Under the pieces are notes generated by a model. The model saw only the letters and a list, made by a program, of their open reading frames with translations. It searched no databases and was not told the origin of the DNA. A stretch of DNA of 32,000 nucleotides from assembly GCF_002075285.3 (NCBI RefSeq), contig NZ_CP021983.2, forward strand, positions 3,510,001 through 3,542,000. The letters are read 5' to 3'. Below are positions 16,208-25,868 of the stretch, in pieces. The DNA comes from Halomicronema hongdechloris C2206 (GTDB lineage: Bacteria; Cyanobacteriota; Cyanobacteriia; Phormidesmidales; Phormidesmidaceae). The position numbers and the translations under genes were made by a program. The stretch's first letter is position 1; each line of letters starts with the position of its first letter.

Positions 16208-18430
16208 TTAGGGACGAGCGCTTTCCAACTTGGTGTTGTTCTGAACGAACCAGTCGCCATCGCGCCGCACCAGGTCATATTGCATCGTCAGGGTCTCATC
16301 ATAGGATTCCTGGGTATTCTCTACCCCGAATTCGAAGAAGTTGGCATCTTCCACCACCGTCGCCGTCACCTGTAGGGCATCCGCACTGGGATCATCCGGC
16401 ACCACTTCGTCGACTTGCACCTGGTGCTGATATTCCCAATACCGATCACTTTGTTGGGTGGCTTCAGCATTGCGAATCCATTGACTGAGCAGTGGATCAA
16501 CCAAAACGGTTTGCAAGGCCTCGAGGTTATGCTCTGGCCCCATGGCTTCCCGCTTGGCGGCTAGCCATTGTTCGATGGTGCGTTGGGCAATATCCTCCAC
16601 TCCGATTTGCTCCTCAGGGCTCGGCGGTGGTGGAATCGCGATGGGCGGTTGTTGCAATTCAATGCCTAAGGGGATCCCTGTGACTCTGGGGCCACTGAAC
16701 AGTCCTGTCACCCAACTCAGGGCTCGCATGCTGATGAATCCGACGGCGCCTATCCCTAACAGGCCCACCACCAATACCAGGGCCAATCGATCCCAGCGGG
16801 TCCCCGTCGAGCGCCGCCGTCGCGGTCGGGGCTGGGACGTCACTGGTATGTTGGGGGAGGGGGCGGTTGATTCGGGGCGACCATTGTGGCTGAGCTTGGC
16901 CTCTAGGCCCGTCACCTGGCGGAGAGAGGGTGCCTTCCGGAGAGAGTTGGGACACTCGTTCGGCCAGAGATGGGGTGGTACTGTCGGTAGCCGTTGTGTT
17001 GTGGCCTCCGCTGGGGAAGCGGAGGGGGGTGACCCAGGTTGAGGGCGTCGACCCGGGGGAGGGCCAGCAGCTGCGCGAGGTGCTCGGGGGCGCTGTAGAG
17101 GCGGCCCTCCCACCTGCATAGGTTCAGATGGCATCGCCTCCAGATAAGCCTGTACATGAGAATTGGCAAAATAGTCTTTGAGGGAGGTCTCCACCTGCCT
17201 CAGGTCACGGAAGTGGGAAAAAACCTCTTCCCGCAGCCAACGTTCTGCGTAAAGACACAACCCTGGCAGTAAGTCAGGTGCCTGTTGGGAATGCTCGCGA
17301 ATGAATGCCAGCGGTTCATACTCCTGGCTCAGCTCTAAGGCCCGGCTAGATTCTTCGGTCTGACCCAGCAGCAGGGCACAGACGGCCTGCTCTAAATGAA
17401 CATCCTGTTGGATGCCGATGCGCATGAGCAGTTGCTTCGCCCGCCGCACCAAGGCCGGCTGGTGTTGGGCAAACCCCCGAGCCAAGAGGGCATACACGGC
17501 CAGGTAGATGGCTACGGCGGAAGGACGGCGAGCCTCGGCCTCGAAGAGTTCTTGCTGCTCGGCGGCTGTCAGATAGCCCCGCAACTGCTGAATAAACCGC
17601 AGAAAGTCGTCAATGGATAGCCCCGAGAGATCATCTTCGGTACCATCAATGCCGCCGCGATCTTGCAGCATGGCTTTGAGTAAGGTTAGTCCTTGTCGTC
17701 GTTCCCGGCTTTGCTCTAGGGGACGGGCCAGAAGTTCTAAGATGCGATAGGGCCGAAGCTTGTAGAGATCGGCTTGGATCTCGGCTCGAATGGAGGGAAA
17801 TCGGTTTTCTCGCACCAATAACTCTTGGCCGGTTTCCAGGGATTCGGCGGCACTTTCATACTGTCGCTGTTGCCATTGTTCTCGTCCTAACTCTAGGCAG
17901 GCTAGGGCCAGGGTGAGGACAATATCAGATAGGACTGACTGGGACGGGCTGGCAGCGCTGCCTTCCAGACTCAGTTCTCCACTGCTGAGATAGGGGCGGC
18001 CGAGGCGAATCACCAGTTCATATTCTCCCAGCTCTAGCAGAATCAGCAGCGCCCCAACCAGTTGCTGATCCTCGATTTCAATGGTGGGAGTGTATGCTTC
18101 GCTGGATTCGTCTGCCAGAGACTGGAGAGCGGCTTCCTCTGGAGTACCTTCTGCTGGCGCCGGTTCAGAAGATGAGGCGGGAGTCTCGGCGTTGGGGTCT
18201 AGGGCATAGGCTTTGGTGAGGAAATGATTGTCATAGTCCTGGCGTTTTTCAGGATCTGACAACCGTTCGTACGCTTCATCTAACAGCTGCTTGCGGGCCT
18301 CGATAGCCGCCTCAGAATATTCTCGACGGGGTAGTTGTAAGGTGCGATCGCGATGGGCCTGTTTCAACTGGTCAGCAGTTGCCTGAATCGGCAACCCCAG
18401 AATGCGGTAGTAGTCCAGCGAAATTCGCAC
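16208..18430 (-). CDS. zipN: cyanobacterial cell-division protein ZipN/Ftn2 (ARC6 homologue)
   Basis: N-terminal J-like domain 'DYYRILGLPIQATADQLKQAHRDRTLQLPRREYSE...LSDPEKRQDYD'. A Pro-rich linker and a single TM 'LALVLVVGLLGIGAVGFI' follow. The C-terminal domain 'IEQWLAAKREAMGPEH...YWEYQHQVQVDEV...DLVRRDGDWFVQ' is typical of ARC6/Ftn2. Confidence 0.85.
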   Translation of the reverse strand: MRISLDYYRILGLPIQATADQLKQAHRDRTLQLPRREYSEAAIEARKQLLDEAYERLSDPEKRQDYDNHFLTKAYALDPNAETPASSSEPAPAEGTPEEAALQSLADESSEAYTPTIEIEDQQLVGALLILLELGEYELVIRLGRPYLSSGELSLEGSAASPSQSVLSDIVLTLALACLELGREQWQQRQYESAAESLETGQELLVRENRFPSIRAEIQADLYKLRPYRILELLARPLEQSRERRQGLTLLKAMLQDRGGIDGTEDDLSGLSIDDFLRFIQQLRGYLTAAEQQELFEAEARRPSAVAIYLAVYALLARGFAQHQPALVRRAKQLLMRIGIQQDVHLEQAVCALLLGQTEESSRALELSQEYEPLAFIREHSQQAPDLLPGLCLYAERWLREEVFSHFRDLRQVETSLKDYFANSHVQAYLEAMPSEPMQVGGPPLQRPRAPRAAAGPPPGRRPQPGSPPSASPAEATTQRLPTVPPHLWPNECPNSLRKAPSLRQVTGLEAKLSHNGRPESTAPSPNIPVTSQPRPRRRRSTGTRWDRLALVLVVGLLGIGAVGFISMRALSWVTGLFSGPRVTGIPLGIELQQPPIAIPPPPSPEEQIGVEDIAQRTIEQWLAAKREAMGPEHNLEALQTVLVDPLLSQWIRNAEATQQSDRYWEYQHQVQVDEVVPDDPSADALQVTATVVEDANFFEFGVENTQESYDETLTMQYDLVRRDGDWFVQNNTKLESARP

Positions 18431-18874
18431 GATATTAGATCCCCAGCAGCTAGCTCATTCGAAATCGTATCGAAAAACTATACGGCAGACACTCCCCCCG
18501 GATTGTTTATAGGTTCAAGAGCCCTGAATGTATAGAGAATATATAGATCACCCATGGCGCCTCGAGCTCGAGGTTAGACCACCGGCAAACTGTTCTATAC
18601 CTGACCATACTCAGCATGAGCCCCATATTAAACCGTTTCCATGGTCAGAACAGAGAGCTGCCAGGACACCGGTACCCCTGAGCCGATGTCTGGGCCAGGC
18701 TAGTTATCTTACTTGAAAAAATGAATAACCCTCAGGAAGACTGCCACAGCGTAGTAATCGCGTGCGGTAAAATTGTCCGGCAGCCGTTGACATACGGTGC
18801 CCAGTCTCGTCTGATATTAAAATTATTGATGAAATCTTAAGCGTTGGATACTGCGGCGAGGACACGACAATCCC

Positions 18875-19900
18875 ATGGTTCAGGAACGAACATTACCGGC
18901 ATTTCATGGCACGCCGGCCCAGATCACCAGAGACGAAGGGCTGATGCTCTACGAGGATATGGTGTTGGGGCGCTATTTCGAGGACAAATGCGCCGAGATG
19001 TACTACCGGGGCAAAATGTTTGGGTTTGTCCACCTCTACAACGGCCAAGAGGCGGTGTCGACCGGCGTCATCAAAGCCATGCGCCCAGATGACTACGCCT
19101 GTAGCACCTATCGAGACCATGTCCATGCCCTTAGTATGGGAGTTCCGGCTCGTCAGGTAATGGCCGAGCTGTTCGGCAAAGAAGCAGGCTGTAGCCGCGG
19201 ACGGGGAGGCTCTATGCACTTGTTCTCGGCGGAACATCACCTGCTCGGGGGCTTTGCCTTCATTGGTGAGGGCATTCCTGTCGCCTTGGGCGCAGCATTT
19301 CAGAGCCGTTATCGCCGCGAAGCCATGGGAGATGCCAGCGCGAATCAGGTGACGGCTTGCTTTTTCGGAGATGGTACCACTAATAACGGCCAATTCTTCG
19401 AATGCCTCAACATGGCAGCTCTGTGGAAGTTACCAATTCTATTCGTGGTCGAAAATAATAAGTGGGCCATCGGCATGGCCCATGAGCGGGCCAGTTCCCA
19501 GCCCGAAATCTATCGCAAAGCCAATGCCTTTGGCATGGCCGGGGTAGAAGTCGATGGTATGGATGTGTTGGCCGTGAGAACGGTGGCCCAAACCGCCATT
19601 GAGCGGGCCCGGGCTGGAGAAGGGCCTACCCTAATCGAGTGCCTCACCTATCGCTTCCGGGGCCATTCTCTGGCGGATCCCGATGAGTTACGCTCTAAGG
19701 CTGAAAAAGAAGTATGGCTGGCCCGGGATCCCCTGAAGCGCTTCGAAGCCTATCTATTGGAGCAGAATCTGGCTAACGAGAGTGAGCTCAAGGCCATTCG
19801 CCAAAAAATTCAAACCGAAATCGACGAGGCAGTTCACTTTGCCGAAGAGGCTCCAGAACCGACTCCCGAGGACCTCTACCGCTACGTATTTGATGACTAA
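18875..19900 (+). CDS. pdhA: pyruvate dehydrogenase E1 component, alpha subunit
   Basis: '[22 protein letters not shown]', '[17 protein letters not shown]' and the ThDP motif '[33 protein letters not shown]'. Confidence 0.92.
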   Translation: MVQERTLPAFHGTPAQITRDEGLMLYEDMVLGRYFEDKCAEMYYRGKMFGFVHLYNGQEAVSTGVIKAMRPDDYACSTYRDHVHALSMGVPARQVMAELFGKEAGCSRGRGGSMHLFSAEHHLLGGFAFIGEGIPVALGAAFQSRYRREAMGDASANQVTACFFGDGTTNNGQFFECLNMAALWKLPILFVVENNKWAIGMAHERASSQPEIYRKANAFGMAGVEVDGMDVLAVRTVAQTAIERARAGEGPTLIECLTYRFRGHSLADPDELRSKAEKEVWLARDPLKRFEAYLLEQNLANESELKAIRQKIQTEIDEAVHFAEEAPEPTPEDLYRYVFDD

Positions 19901-20046
19901 ACGGTGGCTGCAGGCGGTAGGCTGAACTGGTAATTGTGGCAGATCGCTGCTTCTGTGGCGGCAGCGGACAGGAATTATCGCCCCGCTAGGTGGCGGCTGC
20001 TGATCAGACTGATTGTGTTTTTTATACCCTTGCGATATTCGAGACC

Positions 20047-21030
20047 ATGGCAGAAACCTTAATGTTCAATGCCTTACGGGAAGCCCTAGACGAAGAGATG
20101 GAGCGCGATGCCACCGTCTGTGTGCTCGGTGAAGATGTGGGCCACTATGGGGGGTCCTACAAGGTCACCAAGGATCTCTACAAGAAATATGGGGAATTGC
20201 GGGTCTTAGATACCCCGATTGCCGAAAATAGCTTTACCGGGATGGCTGTGGGGGCTGCCATGACTGGACTGCGGCCAATCATTGAAGGCATGAATATGGG
20301 CTTCTTGCTGTTGGCCTTCAACCAGATTGCCAACAATGCTGGCATGCTGCGCTACACCTCTGGGGGTAATTACAAGATTCCCATGGTAATTCGCGGACCT
20401 GGTGGGGTAGGACGGCAACTGGGGGCAGAACACTCGCAGCGGTTAGAGGCCTATTTTCAGGCGGTACCGGGGCTGAAAATTGTGGCTTGTTCGACTCCTT
20501 ATAACGCCAAGGGACTGCTGAAGTCAGCCATTCGCGACAATAACCCGGTACTGTTTTTTGAGCATGTCTTGCTTTACAACCTGAAAGAAGATCTGCCTAA
20601 CCATGAGTATCTCGTGCCCCTGAATCAGGCAGAAGTGGTGCGCCCGGGTAACGATGTGACGATTTTGACCTATTCCCGCATGCGCCACCATGTGATGCAG
20701 GCGGTGAAGTCCCTAGAGAAAAAGGGGCTGGATCCTGAGGTAATCGATTTGATCTCTTTGAAACCCCTAGATTTTGAGACGATCGGGACCTCTCTGCGTA
20801 AGACTCACCGGGTAATCGTGGTGGAGGAATGCATGAAGACGGGGGGCATTGGGGCAGAGATTATCGCCTCGATTAATGATCGGTTCTTCGACGAATTGGA
20901 TGCGCCGGTGGTGCGGCTGTCGTCTCAAGATATTCCCACCCCCTACAACGGCAAGTTGGAGAGCCTGACCATCGTGCAACCCCAGCAAATCGAAGCGGCG
21001 GTCGAAAAAATGGCGGCCCTGCAAGTATAG
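20047..21030 (+). CDS. pdhB: pyruvate dehydrogenase E1 component, beta subunit
   Basis: '[21 protein letters not shown]...[19 protein letters not shown]...[26 protein letters not shown]'. ATG at 20047 is preferred over the track's GTG at 19990. Confidence 0.92.
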   Translation: MAETLMFNALREALDEEMERDATVCVLGEDVGHYGGSYKVTKDLYKKYGELRVLDTPIAENSFTGMAVGAAMTGLRPIIEGMNMGFLLLAFNQIANNAGMLRYTSGGNYKIPMVIRGPGGVGRQLGAEHSQRLEAYFQAVPGLKIVACSTPYNAKGLLKSAIRDNNPVLFFEHVLLYNLKEDLPNHEYLVPLNQAEVVRPGNDVTILTYSRMRHHVMQAVKSLEKKGLDPEVIDLISLKPLDFETIGTSLRKTHRVIVVEECMKTGGIGAEIIASINDRFFDELDAPVVRLSSQDIPTPYNGKLESLTIVQPQQIEAAVEKMAALQV

Positions 21031-21078
21031 TGAGGGCAGGCGAAGCCCTTTCGGAGGGCTGTCTTATAGAGAATCGAT

Positions 21079-22536
21079 ATGGCCAGACAACGACTACTCT
21101 TGGGGCTGGTGGTGGCCCTAGCCATCGCGGCGGTAATGGCGATCATTCAGGTGCCTACCCGCCTGGGATTGGATTTGCGCGGTGGGTCTCAGTTGACCTT
21201 GCAGGTGCAACCCACCCAGGAAATTCCTGATATTACAGACCGGAACATGGAAGCGGTGCGCCAGGTGGTGGAGGGCCGGGTCAATGGCTTGGGGGTATCT
21301 GAGTCGGTGGTGCAAATCTTGGGGAATGATCAGCTGCTGGTGCAGTTGCCTGGCATTAGCGATCCCGAGCAGGCGGAGCGAGTGCTGGGAGGCACTGCCC
21401 AACTGGAGTTTCGGCCCCAGAAGCCAGGAACTGAGCAGCAGTTGACGGTGGAAAATCAGGTGTTGCAGAGTGAACTCAGTGAGTTGGAAGCCCTGCGAGC
21501 GGCCCAGGACAATCAAGATGATGGGGCGGCCTCTACGCCTGAGACCATCGAGCAGCTGTCGCCTGCAGAGCGTCAGGCTCGCCTGGAGGCTCTACAACAA
21601 TCGGTGCAGGACAGTGAAGCTGCGATCGCAAACCTGTTCGAATCCACTCAACTCACTGGCGATAAGCTGGAGGATGCCATTGCCCGGCCCAACAACGCGG
21701 GTACTGGCTGGGAGGTGGTGATCGAGTTCACCTCAGAAGGAGCTGACCTGTTTGCCGACATGACCCGCCGCATCGCCGGCACTGGTCGCAGCGTTGGCAT
21801 TTTCCTAGACAACCGCCTGATCAGTGCCCCCAGTGTCGACGTGGAGTTTGCCGAGACCGGCATTACCGGCGGCGGTGCGGTTATCTCTGGTAACTTCGAT
21901 GCCCAAGCTGCCCGGGAATTAGAGATCCAACTGCGGGGTGGAGCCCTGCCCCTGCCGGTTGAGGTGGTGGAAAATCGCACCGTGGGTCCCAGCTTGGGCC
22001 GCGATAGCATCCGCAGCAGCCTTTATGCTGCCGTGGGCGGCCTGATCTTGGTGCTCATCTTCATGGTGGCCTACTATCGATTACCTGGACTCTTAGCCGA
22101 TCTGGCCCTGGTGGTCTACGCCCTGCTGACCTGGGCGGCCTTCAACCTGCTGGGGGTGACCATCACCCTACCGGGCATTGCCGGATTCATTCTCAGCATC
22201 GGCATGGCGGTGGATGCCAACGTGCTGATCTTTGAGCGCACCCGGGAAGAACTGCGCGCTGGCAAAACCCTCTACCGTTCAGTGGAATCGGGCTTTCATC
22301 GGGCCTTCTCCAGCATTCTCGATAGTAACGTCACCACCTTAATTGCCTGTGCGGCACTGTTCTGGTTCGGAGCGGGCTTAGTAAAAGGCTTTGCCCTAAC
22401 CCTAGCCATTGGGGTAGCCATCAGCATGTTTACCGCCGTCACCTGCAGCCGTAGCCTGCTGTTGTTCGTGCTGAGCTGGGCCCAATTCCGCAAGCCAGAA
22501 CTATTTTGTCCCGGGCTGTACCAGGCGCGCTCTTGA
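21079..22536 (+). CDS. secD: protein translocase subunit SecD
   Basis: N-terminal TM, large periplasmic domain, and C-terminal 6-TM block 'GIAGFILSIGMAVDANVLIFERTREELRAGK'. Confidence 0.92.
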   Translation: MARQRLLLGLVVALAIAAVMAIIQVPTRLGLDLRGGSQLTLQVQPTQEIPDITDRNMEAVRQVVEGRVNGLGVSESVVQILGNDQLLVQLPGISDPEQAERVLGGTAQLEFRPQKPGTEQQLTVENQVLQSELSELEALRAAQDNQDDGAASTPETIEQLSPAERQARLEALQQSVQDSEAAIANLFESTQLTGDKLEDAIARPNNAGTGWEVVIEFTSEGADLFADMTRRIAGTGRSVGIFLDNRLISAPSVDVEFAETGITGGGAVISGNFDAQAARELEIQLRGGALPLPVEVVENRTVGPSLGRDSIRSSLYAAVGGLILVLIFMVAYYRLPGLLADLALVVYALLTWAAFNLLGVTITLPGIAGFILSIGMAVDANVLIFERTREELRAGKTLYRSVESGFHRAFSSILDSNVTTLIACAALFWFGAGLVKGFALTLAIGVAISMFTAVTCSRSLLLFVLSWAQFRKPELFCPGLYQARS

Positions 22537-22539
22537 GGT

Positions 22540-23520
22540 GTGGCAATGAAACTCAGTGTAATCAAGCAGCGAACCCTATGGTGGACCGTGTCCATCCTGA
22601 TTACGATGGTGGGCATCATCGCCATGGGGCTTTCCTGGCAACAGTTTCAGGCCCCGCTGCGACCGGGGCTAGACTTCGTCGGCGGCACCCGGCTGCAGCT
22701 GACGCGGGATTGTGCTCAACCCCAAGTCTGTGACACTTCCCTGCAAACGGCTCAGGTGCGGGAGGTGCTGACTCCCTTGGGTTTAGAGGCTAGCAGCATT
22801 CAGGTGGTGGGCGACGATCGTCAGAGCCTCTCTATCCGTACCAAGACCCTGGATGTAGAGCAACGGGCCCAACTGCAAGATACTTTAGAGGAGGCTCTGG
22901 GGCCCTTCGACCCTCAATCAATTCAGATCGATTCGGTGGGTCCCGTAATCGGCCAGCAATTATTTGCTTCCGGTTTATTGGCTTTGCTGGTAGCCTTCGC
23001 CGGTATCGTGGTGTATTTGAGTCTGCGATTTCAGCTCGACTACGCCGTGTTTGCCATCGTTGCCCTATTCCACGATGTGTTCATTACCCTCAGCATCTTT
23101 GCCATCCTGGGGCTGACCCTGGGGGTAGAGGTAGATAGCCTCTTCATCGTGGCCCTGCTCACCATCGTCGGCTTTTCGGTCAATGACACGGTGGTGATCT
23201 ACGACCGCATTCGGGAGACGATCAAGCTCCACCCGCAGATGCATATCGATGAGGTGGTGGATGATTCGGTGCGTCAGACCCTGACCCGGTCCATCAACAC
23301 TACGTTAACCACAGTATTGACGCTGATTTCTATCGTGCTGTTCGGCGGCGATACCTTAAAGTTCTTCGCCTTAGCCTTGATCGTGGGCTTTATCTCTGGG
23401 GCCTACTCCAGCATCTTTATCGCCAGCACTCTGCTGGCCTTGTGGCGAGAGAAATCTGGCCATGCGATCGCAACCCCTGCCTCTGACCCCTTGCCAGACC
23501 AACCCGACAGCGTTGTCTGA
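22540..23520 (+). CDS. secF: protein translocase subunit SecF
   Basis: It starts 4 nt after the secD stop (GTG 22540, or ATG 22546). '[12 protein letters not shown]' and '[17 protein letters not shown]' are present. Confidence 0.92.
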   Translation: MAMKLSVIKQRTLWWTVSILITMVGIIAMGLSWQQFQAPLRPGLDFVGGTRLQLTRDCAQPQVCDTSLQTAQVREVLTPLGLEASSIQVVGDDRQSLSIRTKTLDVEQRAQLQDTLEEALGPFDPQSIQIDSVGPVIGQQLFASGLLALLVAFAGIVVYLSLRFQLDYAVFAIVALFHDVFITLSIFAILGLTLGVEVDSLFIVALLTIVGFSVNDTVVIYDRIRETIKLHPQMHIDEVVDDSVRQTLTRSINTTLTTVLTLISIVLFGGDTLKFFALALIVGFISGAYSSIFIASTLLALWREKSGHAIATPASDPLPDQPDSVV

Positions 23521-23531
23521 CTAGTAACCCC

Positions 23532-23912
23532 ATGCCCCCTCGCCAAGAGCAGCAATTAGAACGCCTGAGGCGAGCTGTCCTGAAGCTCTGGTGGATGGGT
23601 ATCGCAGTGTTGTGGTTAACCGTAGGACTCCTGAGCCTGTGGGGACTGCGCCATGAAATTGAGCGGCTGGTCGAGTATTTCACTTGGGTAGAGGTACGCT
23701 ATGGCTTGGCCTACAATCGGGGACCAGCCATCGGTCTGGGGCTCTGCGTTGGCCTCACCCTAGCCCTGCTCATCACCGAAAGCCGACATATCCTCTGGGG
23801 GCTTTCCCGCTCCGAGCGACAACGGCTAACCAGATTACTCGACAAGATCCAACGCCAGGGGCCCCACCATCCCCTGTGGCGGTGGGTCATGGGCAAATCC
23901 CCGAAGCCTTGA
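23532..23912 (+). CDS. small membrane protein, hypothetical
   Basis: 126 aa with two hydrophobic helices ('LKLWWMGIAVLWLTVGLLSLWGL' and 'AIGLGLCVGLTLALLITE'). It starts 11 nt after secF. Confidence 0.6.
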   Translation: MPPRQEQQLERLRRAVLKLWWMGIAVLWLTVGLLSLWGLRHEIERLVEYFTWVEVRYGLAYNRGPAIGLGLCVGLTLALLITESRHILWGLSRSERQRLTRLLDKIQRQGPHHPLWRWVMGKSPKP

Positions 23913-24083
23913 AACACCCCTAGCCCCCGCCGTGGTTCCACACCAGCGCTACACTTACTGGTTGATCCGCTAAGGAAGGCTACTGCACCTCGTCAACGGC
24001 CGCTCAGCCAAAGACAAAGACGGCAATACCGACTAATCGATAAGATGTTAAGTAATGTAACTTGATGCTTAAGGCGTCTGATC

Positions 24084-25589
24084 GTGTCAAATCGAACACA
24101 ACGGGTCATCGTCATTGGGGCGGGGATTGGCGGCTTGACTGCCGCTGCCCTGCTAGCGCGGCGGGGCCATGAGGTCACCGTATTCGACCAGGCCTGGGTG
24201 CCAGGGGGTTGTGCCTCCACCTTCAAGCGGGGCGGATTTACCTTCGATGTGGGAGCCACCCAGGTGGCGGGATTAGAACCGGGAGGAATTCATCACCAAC
24301 TATTTTCTGAGTTAGGCGTGGCTCTTCCCGAGGCTAGCCCCTGTGATCCGGCCTGTGCCGTGTATTTACCGGGAGAACAGACCCCGATCCAGGTCTGGCG
24401 CCATCCCCTACGTTGGGCCCGGGAACGGCGACAGCAGTTCCCGGGCAGCCAACCTTCTGGCAACTGCTTAGAGCGGCTGTTTCGATCAGTTGGCAATTTC
24501 AGGCTCGACGGACCGGTGCTGCCGCCCCGCAATCTCTGGGATCTGGGGCAGCTGGTTAAGGCAGTGCGCCCGGCGACGCTGCTGACAGCCCCCTATCTGT
24601 TCCTGACGGTGGGTCAGGTGCTGCGCAGCTATGGCCTCGATCAAGATCGACGGCTCCAGACCTTCCTCGATCTGCAACTGAAGCTCTATTCCCAGGTGGA
24701 TGCCGACGCCACAGCTCTGCTCTACGCCGCCACGGCCCTAGGGGTATCCCAAGCGCCCCAAGGGTTGTTCCATCTCCAGGGCAGTATGCAGGTGCTCAGC
24801 CAGCGCTTAGTGGCAGGACTACGGCGTCACGGCGGTAGCTTGCGACTGGGGCATCGCGTCGAGGGAATTCACTGTACCCAGGGTCAAGCCACTGGGGTTA
24901 CCGGGCAACGGCAGAAAACCGGCAAGACCTGGACCGAGTCAGCCGATCACATCGTGGCCAATGTGACGGTGCAAGACCTGGTGCGGTTGTTAGGCTGCCA
25001 AGCCCCGGTTGGCTACCGTCGCCGGGTGGAGAAGCTGCCACCAGCATCCGGGGCCTTTGTGGTGTATCTAGGGGTAGATCAGGCGGCCATCCCGGCCGAT
25101 TGCCCGCCCCACTTGCAATGTCTCTATGACTATGAGGGACCGATTGCCGAAAACAATTCCCTATTTATCTCGGTCAGTCGCCCCGGCGATGGCCGCGCTC
25201 CAGCGGGCCAGGCCACGATCATTGCCTCGTCCTTTACCGATCCCGAAGTTTGGTGGCAGTGCCGCGACTATGAGGCCTTAAAGCGCCAATACACCGACAC
25301 TGCTCTGGCTCGCCTGAGTCAATTTTTCGATCTCAGCCCCCAGCATATCTACCACCAGGAAGCGGCCACCCCCCGCACCTTCGCCCGATTTACCGCCCGT
25401 CATCGCGGCATCGTCGGCGGCATCGGCCAGCGGCTCAGTACCTTTGGCCCCTTTGGCATTGCCACCCGCACCCCCATTTCCGGCCTGTGGCTGGTGGGGG
25501 ACAGCACCCACCCCGGGGAAGGGACAGCGGGGGTGAGTTACTCGGCCCTGACCGCGGTAGAGGCAGCTGGAGGCAGCAGCCTAGCTTAG
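24084..25589 (+). CDS. crtD: FAD-dependent phytoene-desaturase-family oxidoreductase, CrtD-like (carotenoid C-3',4' desaturase)
   Basis: Dinucleotide fold 'VIVIGAGIGGLTAAALLARRGHEVTVFDQAWVPGGCASTFKRGGFTFDVGATQVAGLEPGGIH'. C-terminal 'LWLVGDSTHPGEGTAGV'. The symbol comes from remembered cyanobacterial CrtD N-termini, not from a search. Confidence 0.7.
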   Translation: MSNRTQRVIVIGAGIGGLTAAALLARRGHEVTVFDQAWVPGGCASTFKRGGFTFDVGATQVAGLEPGGIHHQLFSELGVALPEASPCDPACAVYLPGEQTPIQVWRHPLRWARERRQQFPGSQPSGNCLERLFRSVGNFRLDGPVLPPRNLWDLGQLVKAVRPATLLTAPYLFLTVGQVLRSYGLDQDRRLQTFLDLQLKLYSQVDADATALLYAATALGVSQAPQGLFHLQGSMQVLSQRLVAGLRRHGGSLRLGHRVEGIHCTQGQATGVTGQRQKTGKTWTESADHIVANVTVQDLVRLLGCQAPVGYRRRVEKLPPASGAFVVYLGVDQAAIPADCPPHLQCLYDYEGPIAENNSLFISVSRPGDGRAPAGQATIIASSFTDPEVWWQCRDYEALKRQYTDTALARLSQFFDLSPQHIYHQEAATPRTFARFTARHRGIVGGIGQRLSTFGPFGIATRTPISGLWLVGDSTHPGEGTAGVSYSALTAVEAAGGSSLA

Positions 25590-25604
25590 CTGGAAAGGGG
25601 GAGT

Positions 25605-25690
25605 TGGGGAGCGGAGAGCGAAGAGGTGGGGTGATGGGGTGATGGGGAAGGGGAAAACGGAGGACGGAGAGCGGAGAAACGGAAAAGGGA
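25605..25690. repeat. purine-rich short-period (7-8 nt) repeat tract
   Basis: gcggaga gcgaaga ..., tgatgggg x2 ..., acggagg acggaga gcggaga aacggaa. The units are reverse complements of those at 15567-15594. Confidence 0.8.
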
Positions 25691-25744
25691 ATAGGGTAGG
25701 GGCGTGGTTGCCACGCCCAATGCAGAAAAGCCCTCGTTACTTCA

Positions 25745-25866
25745 CCGATGCGACGCGATCTATTACTGCTTACCGATATGCCCTTCCGCAGGTCCAGGGC
25801 AGTAGTTCGACTACGTTGCTCCTGCGGAGCCGCTTTGCGAACACTACAAGCGGTTTGCCCTGGTCG
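25745..25866 (+). repeat. dispersed hairpin repeat, copy 3, with ~48-nt insertion in the hairpin loop
   Basis: The flanks match copy 1 almost base for base. An extra 25802-25849 sits between ccagggca and gcggtttgccctgg. The repeat ends 2 nt before the stop codon of the convergent gene at 25869. Confidence 0.85.
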
Positions 25867-25868
25867 GA

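Noticed and set aside
18787-18820. pdhA promoter call (TTGACA ... TGATATTAA).
   Set aside because: The -35/-10 spacing is 19-22 nt depending on the hexamer chosen. It is plausible only as an extended -10, so it is kept as a note in a finding rather than a feature.
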